Part shown: positions 13,471-24,740 of the stretch, in pieces
Position numbering within the stretch: the stretch's first letter is position 1
How the letters are laid out: each line of letters opens with the position of its first letter
Origin: Antechinus flavipes
Lineage: Eukaryota
Length of the DNA stretch: 64,000 nucleotides
Direction of reading: 5' to 3'
NCBI RefSeq assembly: GCF_016432865.1
Contig: NC_067401.1
Span: 129,766,001-129,830,000 of the forward strand
Made by a program: the position numbers and the translations under genes
Notes under the pieces: generated by a model
Told to the model about the DNA's origin: nothing
The model's database searches: none
What the model saw: the letters and a program-made list of their open reading frames with translations, nothing else

Positions 13471-14037
13471 ATTATTCAGTTGTCCTAAGGTTCTACAGCT
13501 TGGTCCCAAATTTACCCCACCAGGGGACAAATTTAATTCCAAATGTCTCAGATTTATAATCACAACTACATTGCTTTCAGCAGTCCCATCTGATTTGAGG
13601 TAAGGCTAAGGGTCAATTCACATCAATTCACAGGTCCATCGGTATCTTGGACCACAACATATGGTTTATAATTGAACCTTCAGAGACTAGCAATAACAAT
13701 AGCATAATTAGAATTTAGTGGCTTATGTTATGAATTGTCTTTGCATGCATTTTCCCTAGTAACATGTGTTCCTTCTGTGTGTGCCCTTCCACATGTTTCA
13801 TGTAGTTAATTTTTTCCTTACTGATTATTATACTTAATATGTCTTTTCATTCACTTATTATTCATTCATTTAGTATTGAGGGTTGAGAATCTCTTTCTTG
13901 GGAGTTAGGAGACATCATCTCTAAGACTTTGAGGAAACAAGACAGGAGAATACAAGGACAGATTTTTCTTATCCCAGGCAGGGTTTTTCTGCCTTTTAAA
14001 AAGAGTTGTAGTAAAAACAACAACAACAAAAATAATC

Positions 14038-14251
14038 CTAGGTGGCACAGTAGATAGAGTGCCAGGCCTGGAGTCAGAAACACCGGAGTCAAATCTAACC
14101 TCAGATACCTACAAATTCTGGGACCTTTAATCCCATTTGCCTTAGTTCCCTCATATGTAAGATGAGCTGGAGAAGAAAATGGCAAACTCCTTTAATATAT
14201 TTGCCAAGAAAATTCTAAATGTGATCATGAAGAATCAGACACGACTGAACA
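14038..14251 (+). mobile_element. Mar1-type CORE-SINE
   Basis: ctaggtggcacagtagatagagtgccaggcctggagtcag...gagctggagaagaaaatggcaaac...atcagacacgactgaac. Confidence 0.8.
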
Positions 14252-14256
14252 GTAGG

Positions 14257-14258
<2 letters not shown>

Positions 14259-14306
<48 letters not shown>
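14259..14306. repeat. (GT)24 microsatellite
   Basis: Direct read. Confidence 0.95.
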
Positions 14307-14315
<9 letters not shown>

Positions 14316-15658
14316 GCCTCTGCTCTATTAAAGACAAAAGGATGCTAGTAAATAATTAACAAGTAGCTCTCCAAAAATGTATACACGACACATTTTAAGT
14401 TTAATATATACTATTAAAATTTTTTCCACTAAGCCTAGATTATCAGCAAAAACAATAATCAAATCTTGATTTATAGCATTTGCCAGTTTCCAAGCTCAGG
14501 TTTTAGAGGATGTAAACCTTGAACTTGGAATAGTTGTGTTCTGGATGATCTCTCTTATAAGTAGTGTTGGGACAGAGGGATGGAGAGGAGGAAGCAGAGT
14601 TTTACCAGGAACAATGTTACAAAAAGGAGGGAGGTACATTTTATTATTTGGGACCAAGAGGGACTATTTCAGATATTTAGGATTGGGTTATTAGTTGCCC
14701 TTGAGCTAATCTTCATTTACATCATTGTGGTCTTGGTGTGCATTGTTTCTCTGCTTCTGATTTTTCATTGAATTCCTAACTTCTTTCAAGGCTCACCTCC
14801 ATTACTATCAGGACCATCTTGATTTTCCCAATTGCTTCCCCAATCCTGGAAATTACCTTGTATAGGTCAGTGTCTATATGTTTTGCTTTAATATACATAT
14901 TTGTTACAAGGGAGGGTTTTGCAAGGGAAAGTTAGATGCTAGATAACTAGCTAAATATGGAATAAAAGAGCATCAATACAAAGAATGAATCCCAATTGGG
15001 ACCAAGAGGCAGTGACTAAAATTGTTGAGATGTTTAATCTGTTGAAATTAATTTGAGTGTTAATAATCACTAAGCAAGGTTTTTGGTTCAGTAGTTAAAG
15101 AGCTAGATTTAGAGTCAGAAAGATGTGCGTTAAAATCCTGGCTTATCTATGTGATCCTGGACAAGTCACTTAACTGCAGTCTCAGTTCCCGCTTCTAAAA
15201 AATGGGGATCACAATAACACTTACCTCCCAGGATTCTCTGTGTTAACCTTTTATTTTTTAAAAATTGCAAAATAGATATTTGCCTAATGGTATTGAATCA
15301 AAATTAGGGGTTTCCTCATTGCAGCATCTCTTTTTCCTTTGTTGAATTTGTGAAATCATAAGGGAGTAGTTTTGTGGGTTGCTAGGAAATAAATGTCTGA
15401 ATGGAATAGGAAACTGATTGGTCCTGGTACCCACATACTCCCTAGATCCCAATTTCTTCATCTGTAAAATAAGAAGGTTGGACTAGATCACCTCTGGGAT
15501 GATAGAGAGCTAGAAAGGTCCTCAAGAGTGATCTAGCCCAACCTTTATGTGTTGCTTGAATGTGTCCCCCTCCACACATTCCCTATGAGCATCCATTCTT
15601 CCCACTGAGGTTGTACATACATTTGGAGAAAATATTCCCCAGATTTATGGAGAAAATT

Positions 15659-15976
15659 AAGATATCCCCTCAACATCAGAGGGGTTGGGGAGCAGCACCT
15701 CTTTGATCTGAAAAATCCGTGTAGAATTTTTTGACCTTCCCTTCATACTTGAAAAGGAAGTCTGATTTTTTCTTTTTCTTTTATGGATTGTTTACTGCAC
15801 TTTATTATAAAATTTGGGTTAAATATTTGGTCATAGGCTCTGTGTTATCTGTTGGCCTTTGAATGGCACCTGCAGCTTCTGCAAAACTCCCCCAAAGTTC
15901 CTGTTTAATTTCTTATGTTGATTTGAGATATATCAAAACCTCAGTGGGGAAAGTTGCAATGTGGGAGGGATAACTA
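15659..15976. mobile_element. Putative Tigger/TcMar-type MITE
   Basis: Degenerate inverted ends agatatcccctcaacat / atgtgggagggataact; interior aggggttgggg...gaaaaatccgtgtagaattttttgac resembles the MER8/Tigger2-type left end. Confidence 0.4.
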
Positions 15977-16037
15977 TGTTTTATTTTTACATTAAAAAGC
16001 AAAAAAGTTTGCTTTGAACAAACTGTATCTTCTGGCT

Positions 16038-16149
16038 CAGAAGGCAACAAACTCAAAGCCGGTGCAACCTCCAATGTGGCTCAGATGAAAACATAATTGG
16101 AAAATATTTAACAACATAAATAAAAAATATCATAGAACATAGATAACAA
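16038..16149. mobile_element. Partial MITE, family A
   Basis: cagaaggcaacaaactca (TIR-like)...ataattggaaaatatttaacaacataaataaaaaatatcatagaacatagataac. Confidence 0.5.
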
Positions 16150-16887
16150 CCCTCATGAGTGAAATTCCATTAGCAGCAATGTAATGCTTCTCATTAAACA
16201 TTCTACTCACCTGTCTGGTCCTTTTATTCCTGGAGTAGATCTTTAAATCCCTAACAACTTTCATATGAATTAGCTTGTCAGATCTGTTTCTCTCAAATCA
16301 AATGATTGCATGAGACAATGTAGAAGTGTTTTGTGAACACTATAGAATTGTAGCCATTCATTCAAGTGTCCTACAATGTGCCAGACATTGTGATGAATTA
16401 AAGATTCAACGACAGAAATGAAATATAGGCACTGCCTTCAAAGACTTTATATTCTAGAGGCAGAGAAATAGAGACAAAGAGACAGAAAGTCCACAGAAGG
16501 TTTCCCTGAAAACTGCTCAATCTTCACTTGCAATTATTCAGTGAATCACCACCCCTGACATTAACTCAAACAGAAAAAAAAAAAAACTCTGAGAAATATT
16601 GAAAGACTTTGGGGACCGTGAAAAGAGAGACATAGGCAGGAAAAGGGGGTAGTTTTGTCTGCAAAAACAGACTAGTCAGTTTAACAATCTGGGTTTGGGC
16701 TGGCCCTCGACAGCTTGATGGGGGGTTCCTTCTTTTTCCTTAACCCTGAGCTGTGCCTCTGGGTAATGTTAATTAATTCCACCAGGAGGCAATGTTGATC
16801 TGTGATTCTACTACCAAGGGACTCCCCAGGAAGCATGGCTCTGTCCCTGGTCAAGTAGAGTCAACTTATAATTGTCCCTTTTAAAAA

Positions 16888-17080
16888 CAGGGATTCTAAA
16901 CTCGGGGTCTGTGAGTTTATTGTTCTTTAAAATGGATAACAATTTCATAGAATTTATTTCCTTTATAATAAATGTGTATTTTATTTTATATACATTTAAA
17001 CAATATTTTTCTGAGAAGAGGTGCATTAGCTTTATCAGACTCTGCCCAAGAGGGACCTTGATACACAAAAAATTTAAAGG
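16888..17080. mobile_element. Putative hAT-type MITE, family B
   Basis: cagggattctaaactcggggtctgtga...tgtattttattttatatacatttaaac...ctgagaagaggtgcattagctttatcagac. Confidence 0.55.
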
Positions 17081-17148
17081 GAAATAAGAGGGGGAGGTAT
17101 ATCATTGGAAGCTTGATTTGCAAAAATGTCTTATAAGAAAATCACACT

Positions 17149-17338
17149 TACCATGTTAAACATGTAATGGATAATTTGCCATCTAGGGGAAGGATAGGGA
17201 GAAGGCGGGGAACACAAAACACAAAAACACAAGGTTTTGCAAGGGTTAATACTGAAAAATTATCCATGCATATGTTTTTAAAATAAAAAGCTTTAATAAA
17301 AAAATAAATAAGATTGAAACATTGAAAAAAAAAAAAGA
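17149..17338 (+). mobile_element. ~190-bp LINE-1 3' end with polyA and perfect 14-bp TSD
   Basis: TSD AAGAAAATCACACT at 17135-17148 and 17339-17352; L1 terminus ttttgcaagggttaat...tatccatgcatatg...aataaaaagc. Confidence 0.9.
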
Positions 17339-17825
17339 AAGAAAATCACACTATGTTATCTTTCATGCTCTTCCATACTCTGTTCTCTCCTAAGGTTAGG
17401 AAAACAACTGGATTTGCTTTTAGAGGAAGGCCCTGGGTCTGGGCCTGCCATGATGATCTGTATGACTGCCAGGTTAAAGATCTAGAACTGCAAAGGATCT
17501 CAAAGGCCATCTAGTCCAACCTCCTCATTGTACTGAGATGAGGAAACCAAGGTCCAGCTGAGTAAAGTGACTATCACACATCCTAGAATCACATTTGCTA
17601 TTGAGGATTGCTAACAAACTTGTAATCCACTAGGATACCCAGGTTTTTTCTCCCTGAATTGTTGTCAAGCCTATTGATTTCTAACAGAGGTAAGGTACCT
17701 TACTTTCTCTTGTGGAACCATTTGCTTTCTTACTGTGCAGAGATGGCTCATTCTCCCTCTCCTGGATCAGCCAGCTGAACACAAGGGATGTACAAGGGGA
17801 TGATTCTAGACCTAAGGAACAATGG

Positions 17826-18285
17826 GGAGAGAGGGACAGACAGACAAAGTGATAGAGACAGAGACAAAGAGAGATGGACAGGGAGATAGAAATACTGGCA
17901 GGCAGAGACAGACTCAGAGAGACAGGCAGACAGAGATAGAGAGGGACAGGGAGCAGATATTAGCAGACAGAGACAGAGACAGAGGCAGAGATATTTGTAA
18001 AGAGACTGAGAGAGAGATAAGCAGACAAAGAGATAAAGACAAAGAAAGAAGGATGGGGAGACAGATTTTGGCAGACACACACACAGAGAAAACAGAGACA
18101 GAGATAATGACAAATAGAGACAAATAGAGACAGGCAGACAGAGACACAGACACAGACACATAGAAGGGCATATAGACAAAGACAGAGGAAAAGCTGAAAA
18201 AGGGACAGAGAAATAGACACAGAAATACAGAGATAGTGACAGAAAGAGATAGAGACACAGACAGATTCAGAGATAGAAATGATTC
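17826..18285. repeat. Complex degenerate (CAGAGA)n/(GACA)n purine-rich repeat, ~460 bp
   Basis: Repeating gagacagagacagag units; generates the spurious 86-143 aa ORFs here. Confidence 0.9.
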
Positions 18286-19034
18286 ACAAAAGGATGGGTT
18301 TCAATTGCAATCTGCTTTTCCTCAGCCTCTCCATCTTGGCTCACATCATTTTTCTCATTCTGATCTCTGAAGTCCTAGGGAGTCATTGTTTTTATACCTG
18401 CTATTATTATTAGTAGACTTCACTACCTGCATTCAGACCAAAACACACGTTACCCTGACCACTTTTATTTGTGTGACACTGGTTAAACTACAACCTTTCA
18501 GGACCTCAATTTCCTCAGTGTAAGTGGTACTCCCTTTGGGTCCCCTCTCTCCAACTCACAGAAGTTTGGTTCTTTGGGGGATGACTTTTCCAGGTTCAAG
18601 GTACAGAGTGGGCCCATTCTGCTAAAACTATGGCTCATAAGTCCTCATTAAAGCATTTATATTTTACTAGTTAGCCAGAGGACAAAATTAGCTCAAAGCA
18701 AGGCATTTTTTGAGATCACACTACAAAAATAGTAGCCATAAAACATGCCCCACCCATAAAACTAGTTTGCACTGTCCCACAAATAGATATAGCACCAGTG
18801 GGAAGAGAAGCATACAATACACCAGTAAAGAGGCACACATTTAGGGAACACACATAGCCCAAGCAATTTCCACCTCTTGCATAGACGTGCCTTGACATCT
18901 GGAAAGGGGCTACCTGATGCTGATTCCATTTCTGCCAGATGGGTCACTCATGTGAATTCAGCTCAACTCTCAATGACCAGGGCTAACATGCTCTTCTTCA
19001 TAAGGCATCTCTATTCCCATGACAGTTAAATGAT

Positions 19035-19243
19035 AATGGTAGAATATTAGGGTTTAGACTCAGGAGGACCTGAGTTCAAATTAAGACTCAGAGAAATCAC
19101 TTAAAGTTTGCTTTAATTTCCTCATCTACAAAATGAAAATGACAGCACATGCCTCTCAGGGTTTTATGAGGATCAAATGAAATAATAACTGTAAAGTGTG
19201 CTTCCCATAATAACCTAGCACTTAAGTCCCATATAACTATTCA
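19035..19243 (+). mobile_element. MIR-type SINE directly upstream of duplicated copy 1
   Basis: gactcaggaggacctgagttcaaa...tttcctcatctacaaaatg...ttatgaggatcaaatga. Confidence 0.7.
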
Positions 19244-19493
19244 TTTTTTTTTATTGTGCCTTGACTCACTGAAGTTGCTCCTTTCTGGATTCATGTTTCC
19301 TACTGAGCAAGTAGATTCTGCAACAAGATATCTTGGTCAATGAGGTTGATAAAGTGAGGAGAGAAGATCGGAAAAGAGAGAAATGTCCTCTCACCAAGAA
19401 TGATTCCCTCTCAATGCTAAGTTCTTTTTCCATATCTGATTCATTTCTTTACTGTCTGAATGTACCCTACTCAGGATCATCAGCTAAATGTTG
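19244..19493. repeat. Copy 1 of an unidentified ~240-bp locally duplicated sequence
   Basis: Aligns to 20487-20734 with 7 substitutions and one 1-bp indel. Confidence 0.95.
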
Positions 19494-19499
19494 CAGCAA

Positions 19500-20400
19500 A
19501 TCTAAACCATTATTGATCAGAGAAATGTAAATTAAGGCAACACTGAGGTACCACTATACACTTCTCAGATTGTGAAGGGAAAAGATAACGATGAATGTTG
19601 GAGGGGATGTGAGAAAACTGGGACACTGATACATTGTTGATGGAACTGTGAACGGATCCAACAATTCTGGAGAGCAATTTGGAACTATGCTCAAAAAGTT
19701 ATCAAACTGTGCACACCCTTTGATCCAGCAATGTCTCTACTGATCCTAGTGATTTTAAAGGAGGGAAAGGGACCTGTATGTTTGTGGCAGCCCTTTTCAT
19801 AATGTCAAGAAACTGAAAACTGAATGGATGCCCATCAATTGGAGAATGGCGGAATAAGTTATGGTGTATGAATGTTATGGAATATTATTGTTATGTAAGA
19901 ACTGACCAGCAGGATGATTTCAGATAGGCCTTGAGAGACTTACATGAACTGATGGTAAGTGAAGTGAGTAGAACCAAGAGAACATTGCATCCAGCAACAA
20001 TAAGATTATACAATAGACCAACTGTAATGAACGGGACTCTTTTCAACAACAAGATGATTGAGGCAAGTTCTAATAGACTTGAGAGCCATCTGCACCCAGA
20101 GAAAGAACTGTAGGGATTGCATGTGGATCACAATATAGTATTTTCACCTTTTTTATTGTTGTGTGCTTATATCTTGTTTTCTTATTTTTCCTTTTTGATC
20201 TGATTTTTCTTGTGCACCATGATAATTTTTGAAAGAATTGCACATGTTTAACATATTGGATTACATGCTGTCTAAGGGAGGGAGTTGGGGGGAGAAGGGA
20301 AGGAAAAAAATTTGGAACACAAGGTTTTGCAAAGATAAATGTTGAAAATTATGCATTTGTTTAGAAAATAAACAGCTTTAATCAAAAGAAAAAAAGAAAA
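19500..20400 (+). mobile_element. 5'-truncated LINE-1 (~0.9 kb) with A-rich tail
   Basis: attgatcagagaaatgtaaattaag...gggacactgatacattgttgatgg...; ends aaagaaaaaaagaaaa. Confidence 0.92.
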
Positions 20401-20423
20401 ATTGTCACATAGTTTTAAAAAAC

Positions 20424-20883
20424 CATGCAGCAGACAGAACACCAGACTTGGAGTCAAAAAGACCTGAGTTCAAATTTAACCTCAGATTTTTTTTTGTGCC
20501 TTGACTCACTGAAGTTGCTTCTTTCTGGATTCATGTTTCCTACTGAGCAAGTAGATTCTGCAACAAGATACCTTGGTCAATGAGGTTGATAAAGTGAGGA
20601 GAGAAGATCGGAAAAGAGAGAAATGTCCTCTCACCAAGAATGATTCCCTCTCAATGCTAAGTTCTTTTTTCCATATCTGATTCATTTCTTAACTGCCTGA
20701 GTGCACCCTACTCAGAATCATCAGCTAAATGTTGATTTAGCCTTAATCCTTGCCTCAGTTTCCTCATCTGTAAAACAAGATAGAGAGGGAAATGGCAAGC
20801 CACTCCAGCATCTTTGGCAAAAAAATCCCAAATTGGAGTTATGAAGAGTAGGACAGGACAGAAAAATGATTGAACAACAACAA
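20424..20883 (+). mobile_element. Mar1-type SINE split by the duplicated sequence (head 20424-20486, body/tail 20735-20883)
   Basis: ttggagtcaaaaagacctgagttcaaatttaacctcaga | ...tgcctcagtttcctcatctgtaaaa...ggaaatggcaagccactccagcatctttggcaa. Confidence 0.8.
20487..20734. repeat. Copy 2 of the ~240-bp duplicated sequence, embedded inside a Mar1 SINE
   Basis: Direct repeat of 19244-19493 at ~1240 bp offset; flanked by SINE head (left) and SINE body/tail (right). Confidence 0.95.
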
Positions 20884-20956
20884 CCCTGATCAGAAAGAAA
20901 TGTCTTCTGCATAGTCTGTTGGAGTGATTTTGCTTGAGAGTGTCTTGATTTTTAAA

Positions 20957-20974
20957 TGACCACTAGGGGGCCCC
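20957..20974 (+). promoter_or_regulatory. Candidate CTCF binding site
   Basis: TGACCACTAGGGGGCCC vs consensus TGGCCAC/GC/TAGG/AG/TGGCA/GC; 12-bp core CCACTAGGGGGC perfect; lies in non-repeat sequence. Confidence 0.6.
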
Positions 20975-21639
20975 CAATGGCCAGTTGCCCTCTAATTCCA
21001 CAAAACTTGTTTGAAAAAATTCTTTTCACCTTATATAGGAATAACAAAGTGTAAACACTTCTTTAATGTATTTAATAATTTGATGTTTCATTGTTTCTGA
21101 ATATTTTAATTTTTTAAAATGTATTTTAATGTGCTTCGCAAATCTTAATGCAACATATAAATGCTAGTTATTGTTATAATGATAATAATCTGCCTCTTAC
21201 AGTCTACAACTGTAAAATCAAACTAATCAGCTGGGTTGGGAGATCAGTTATTCAGAGACTTCCTCTGTTCAATCCCCATTGAAATTTAAAAGGGAGGGCA
21301 CTAGAAGACTTCTAAGATCTTTTCCAGTTCTAGACCTATATTACATGGGGAAAGCAAAAATCTAGGCATGTGACACAGAGATTTGAGATTTTCTCATGGA
21401 TATTACCCAAGTAAGGTTGAATGAGATACAGAAAGGTTTTAGTAAATATATAGCTCAATGTACCCCACTTTGGCTCAGACATGCTATATGCTCACCCAGA
21501 AGAGTCCCAGATTACAGAAATGGGACTTCTTCAGAGATGGGACTCTGGAGAAGTAGAACCTGACTTTGAGATCCAGTTCTTTGGAGGCCAACTGAGGGAA
21601 ATATTTATGATAACAAGGATAGAAGAATTGTATACATAA

Positions 21640-21810
21640 TAATAGCTAACATTTATAGAGCACATTAAGGTTTTCAGAGCTCTTTATAAATATTATCTTC
21701 TCTGATCCTCACAACAACCCTAGGAATATTATAAAACATTTTACAGTTAGTGGAAATGAGACTAATAGGTTAGGTGACTTGCCCAGGGTCACATAGCTAG
21801 TATGTTTACC
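21640..21810 (-). mobile_element. MIR-type SINE
   Basis: aatagctaacatttatagagcac...tgatcctcacaacaaccc...ggtgacttgcccagggtcacatagctag. Confidence 0.75.
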
Positions 21811-22169
21811 ATTATCCTGTAGGATAAAAAAATAATAAAATAACATCTTACTATAGCTCTCTTAAATAGAAACTTTGCTGGTCTCTTTTTCCCACAAGGT
21901 GGCAGGAGTGTTCAAATCATAATTTTACTTGGCCTCTAGTGTCCATTTGATATAGGATAAAGTAGGAAGGGCTCTGGCAATCCCAGACAGGTGGACCTGG
22001 AGACCACAAGAAGGTTTTTTGGTTTTGGTTATTTTTAAATATCAAAACATTTAAGTTGTCTTGAACCTGATAGGATTAACATAACCACAGTCCTGAGGTA
22101 AAGGTAAAGAAGAATAAAGGTTCATTGTAGGAGGAATTCACAGATCATCTCATGGGCACCAAAGGGCCC

Positions 22170-22400
22170 CCTAGGTAGTGTGCTACATAGAGTGCTGAAC
22201 TTGGAATCCGTAAGACCTAAGTTTGGAACCTTCCTTCTTTAACCAATTATTAGCTGTGTGTGGGCAAGTCACTAGCTGCTTTCAGCTTTAGTTTTGTCAT
22301 CTATAAAATGGAATAACAAAAGCTCCTACCTACTTCAGTGTTATGAGGATCAAATGAAATTTTAAAAATGTACATATATAATGCTTTGCAAAACCAAAAG
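22170..22400 (+). mobile_element. MIR-type SINE
   Basis: gagtgctgaacttggaatcc...tagctgtgtgtgggcaagtcac...catctataaaatgg...gttatgaggatcaaatga. Confidence 0.7.
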
Positions 22401-23831
22401 CATTTTATGTATCATTTAAATATTATATATATATATTTATATTATATGTATTTAGAGGATAATCTAGTACAATACCAGATCTTTAAGAATTAATTCACTA
22501 TAAGATGTTAGTAATGACATTCAGTGGGTTAATGTTTTGCCCTTCCTGGGGCTACATGCACTCTCACAGAAAGTAATTTGTCAGTCCAACTGAAGTTCTA
22601 GGGATAGAATTCTAACTTTGTGTGGTAATATGTAAATACCAACTATTATTATCATCATAATCTAGTCCAGTCTTCCCCTAGATAAATAAAAGATAAATAA
22701 AAAACAGGCACAGAGTACTAACTTAGTGTCCAAGATCACAAGGAGTATGAAGGTGGGATTTGAATCCAGATCCTGTGACTTTCTGATGAATTCCATTTCC
22801 ATTTGGTAATCATGGGTAAAGAATAGTGGGAGTGGGGGTGGGGGAGGCTCTGTAAAGCTTCTCTGTAAAAGCTTCTATGTAAATACATAGAAGATATGTA
22901 TCATCTTTTCCCCTTCCCCTAATAACAGCAAACAGCAACAGCTGTTTTTACCTTCCCTGCAGGAAATTAACTCGGAAAACAGGTATGGGAGAAACTCCTT
23001 CCTGAGGGGGCTTCTGTCTGTCTTATAAAACTGTCAGGGAAGCAGTATTCAAGCACCTTAAATGATTGATCTGGAGAAGGAGGGACAGAGGTGTGGGGGC
23101 AGAATGGTCAGACCGACTTTGCAAGTTGTGGCAAGTGGCAAAGGATGCAACAGATGAATTTGGGCTGGGGAGCTATACATACTCTCCCCAAGTAAATGCC
23201 CTAAATACACCACTGCAATTGTTTTGAGATTCTCTGCCTTGGGTGATGGGGAGTAGTTTGAAACCATTTTCTCTATTCCAGCTTTTCTCTTCTTCAGCAT
23301 CTAGTTATAAGCTCATTCTTTATTTGGGATGGGGGTGGGGGGGAGATTGGTGGAGATAAGCTCAGTCTGAAGGAGGGGCTAAGGGAAATGGATCAGCCAC
23401 AGGTATACAATGACATGGAAGTGAGAAGAAAGAGCCTGGACCGGAAATAGAGATTGAAAAAAAAATCTCATCAATAGAAAATGTTAGTCATGTCCCTGGC
23501 TGAATAAAAGGACTTATTTCCTCCTCTTCTTTAGAAAATGTCTTCTGAAAGCAAAACTTTTGGGGATCATTTGCATTTGACTTACCTATGGGGTTTGGAA
23601 TAACTTAGTTTAAAGCTGACCTCAGCCTTAACTGGCTGTGTGACCTGGGGAAGCTAGTTAATACCTTAGTTTCCTCATCTGTGAAATGGCATACTAACTA
23701 AACCTACTCCATGGTTGTGAAATAACAACAAAATAATGAATGTAACAAATTTTGCAAACTATACAATGATAATATAAATGCCAGGTTTGATTACAGGGAT
23801 AGAAATCTTTTAATCTGGAAACAATTGTTTT

Positions 23832-23909
23832 TATTATAAGGTTTTTATTTACAAGATATATGCATGGGTAATTTTTCAGCACTGACCCTTGCAAAACCTT
23901 CTGTTCCAA
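23832..23909 (-). mobile_element. 78-bp LINE-1 3' micro-insertion with perfect 17-bp TSD
   Basis: TSD CTGGAAACAATTGTTTT at 23815-23831 and 23910-23926; insert is the reverse complement of the L1 terminus (gttggaacagaaggttttgcaaggg...ttacccatgcatat). Confidence 0.88.
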
Positions 23910-24200
23910 CTGGAAACAATTGTTTTAGACATTTCAATCATCATAGGATCAGATTTAGGGTTGAAAAAAAGCTTAGAGATCACTTTTGTAATTTTACAGA
24001 TAAGAAAACTGAGGCTTGAAGAGGTTACATAATAGCAGTGTTAGAACTTGAATCCACCTATGATTCCAAATCCAATCTTTCTGCTGCTTGGGCAAACTGC
24101 TTCCTACTCATGGAACCTATCCAAGGTATCCAAGAACTATAATTTGTCACTTGGACCTCATGCCAAAATTTGGGATATGTAACTATTCAGCTCGAAAATA

Positions 24201-24375
24201 TGGGGTTTTAAACTTGGGCTTCAGGTCGGGGTGGGGAGGAGGTTCTATGACCGTGTAACTTTTTAATATTTTAAAAACCATCTTGCAACATAATTGGATT
24301 TCTTTGTAAGCCTATGCATTTTATTTTAGAAAAATACCATTCTCAGAAGGAATCCATAGGTTTTACCAGACTTCT
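24201..24375. mobile_element. Putative hAT-type MITE, family B, ~1 kb upstream of SOST
   Basis: ggggttttaaacttggg...cataattggatttctttgtaagcctatgcattttatttt...ctcagaaggaatccataggttttaccagac. Confidence 0.5.
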
Positions 24376-24529
24376 TTAAATGAAAACTAAAATACATCTC
24401 TGAGATATCACTTCACACGCTGGAGAGGAGTCATTCGTGCCCTCTATTTTCCTCATGCCTCTGAGATTAAAATAGAGAAATGCTTTGAACTAGGGGCTCC
24501 ACATTGGTTCAGGAGCAATGATAATATTA

Positions 24530-24740
24530 ATAACTAGCATATATGTAGTATACAAATCACTTTGTGGCTTACAAACTCGTATGTTCTTCACAAGAACTCT
24601 GTAAAGTAGAAACTTGTTATAATCCCCATTTTACAGATGAGAAAACGGAAGTTGATAGTTAAGTGAGTTACTTATGATCACAGAGATAGGAAGTGTCTGA
24701 AGCAGGATTTGAATTTAGGTTTTTCTGACTCCAAGCACTC
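24530..24740 (-). mobile_element. MIR-type SINE ~650 bp upstream of the SOST ATG
   Basis: tataatccccattttacagatgagaaaac...gaagcaggatttgaatttaggtttttctgactccaag. Confidence 0.75.

Noticed and set aside
17748-18258. ORFs of 86-143 aa
   Set aside because: Translations of the (CAGAGA)n repeat; low-complexity S/L/C or R/D/E/T
19244-19493. Duplicated sequence X as a C/D-box snoRNA retrocopy (TGATGA...CTGA on the minus strand) or as an exon (65-aa ORF 19333-19530)
   Set aside because: Box spacing and terminal stem do not fit a snoRNA; the peptide is unrecognisable and copy 2 has a frameshifting indel
20723-20735. 12-mer GCTAAATGTTGA shared between the end of X and the 73-bp duplication at 55.5 kb
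   Set aside because: No further similarity; a 12-bp AT-rich match is plausible by chance in 64 kb
22029-22038. Perfect MEF2 consensus TTATTTTTAA (also TTAAAAATAA at 49103-49112)
   Set aside because: Isolated matches are expected in AT-rich DNA; the second lies in an L1 tail; no co-occurring motifs
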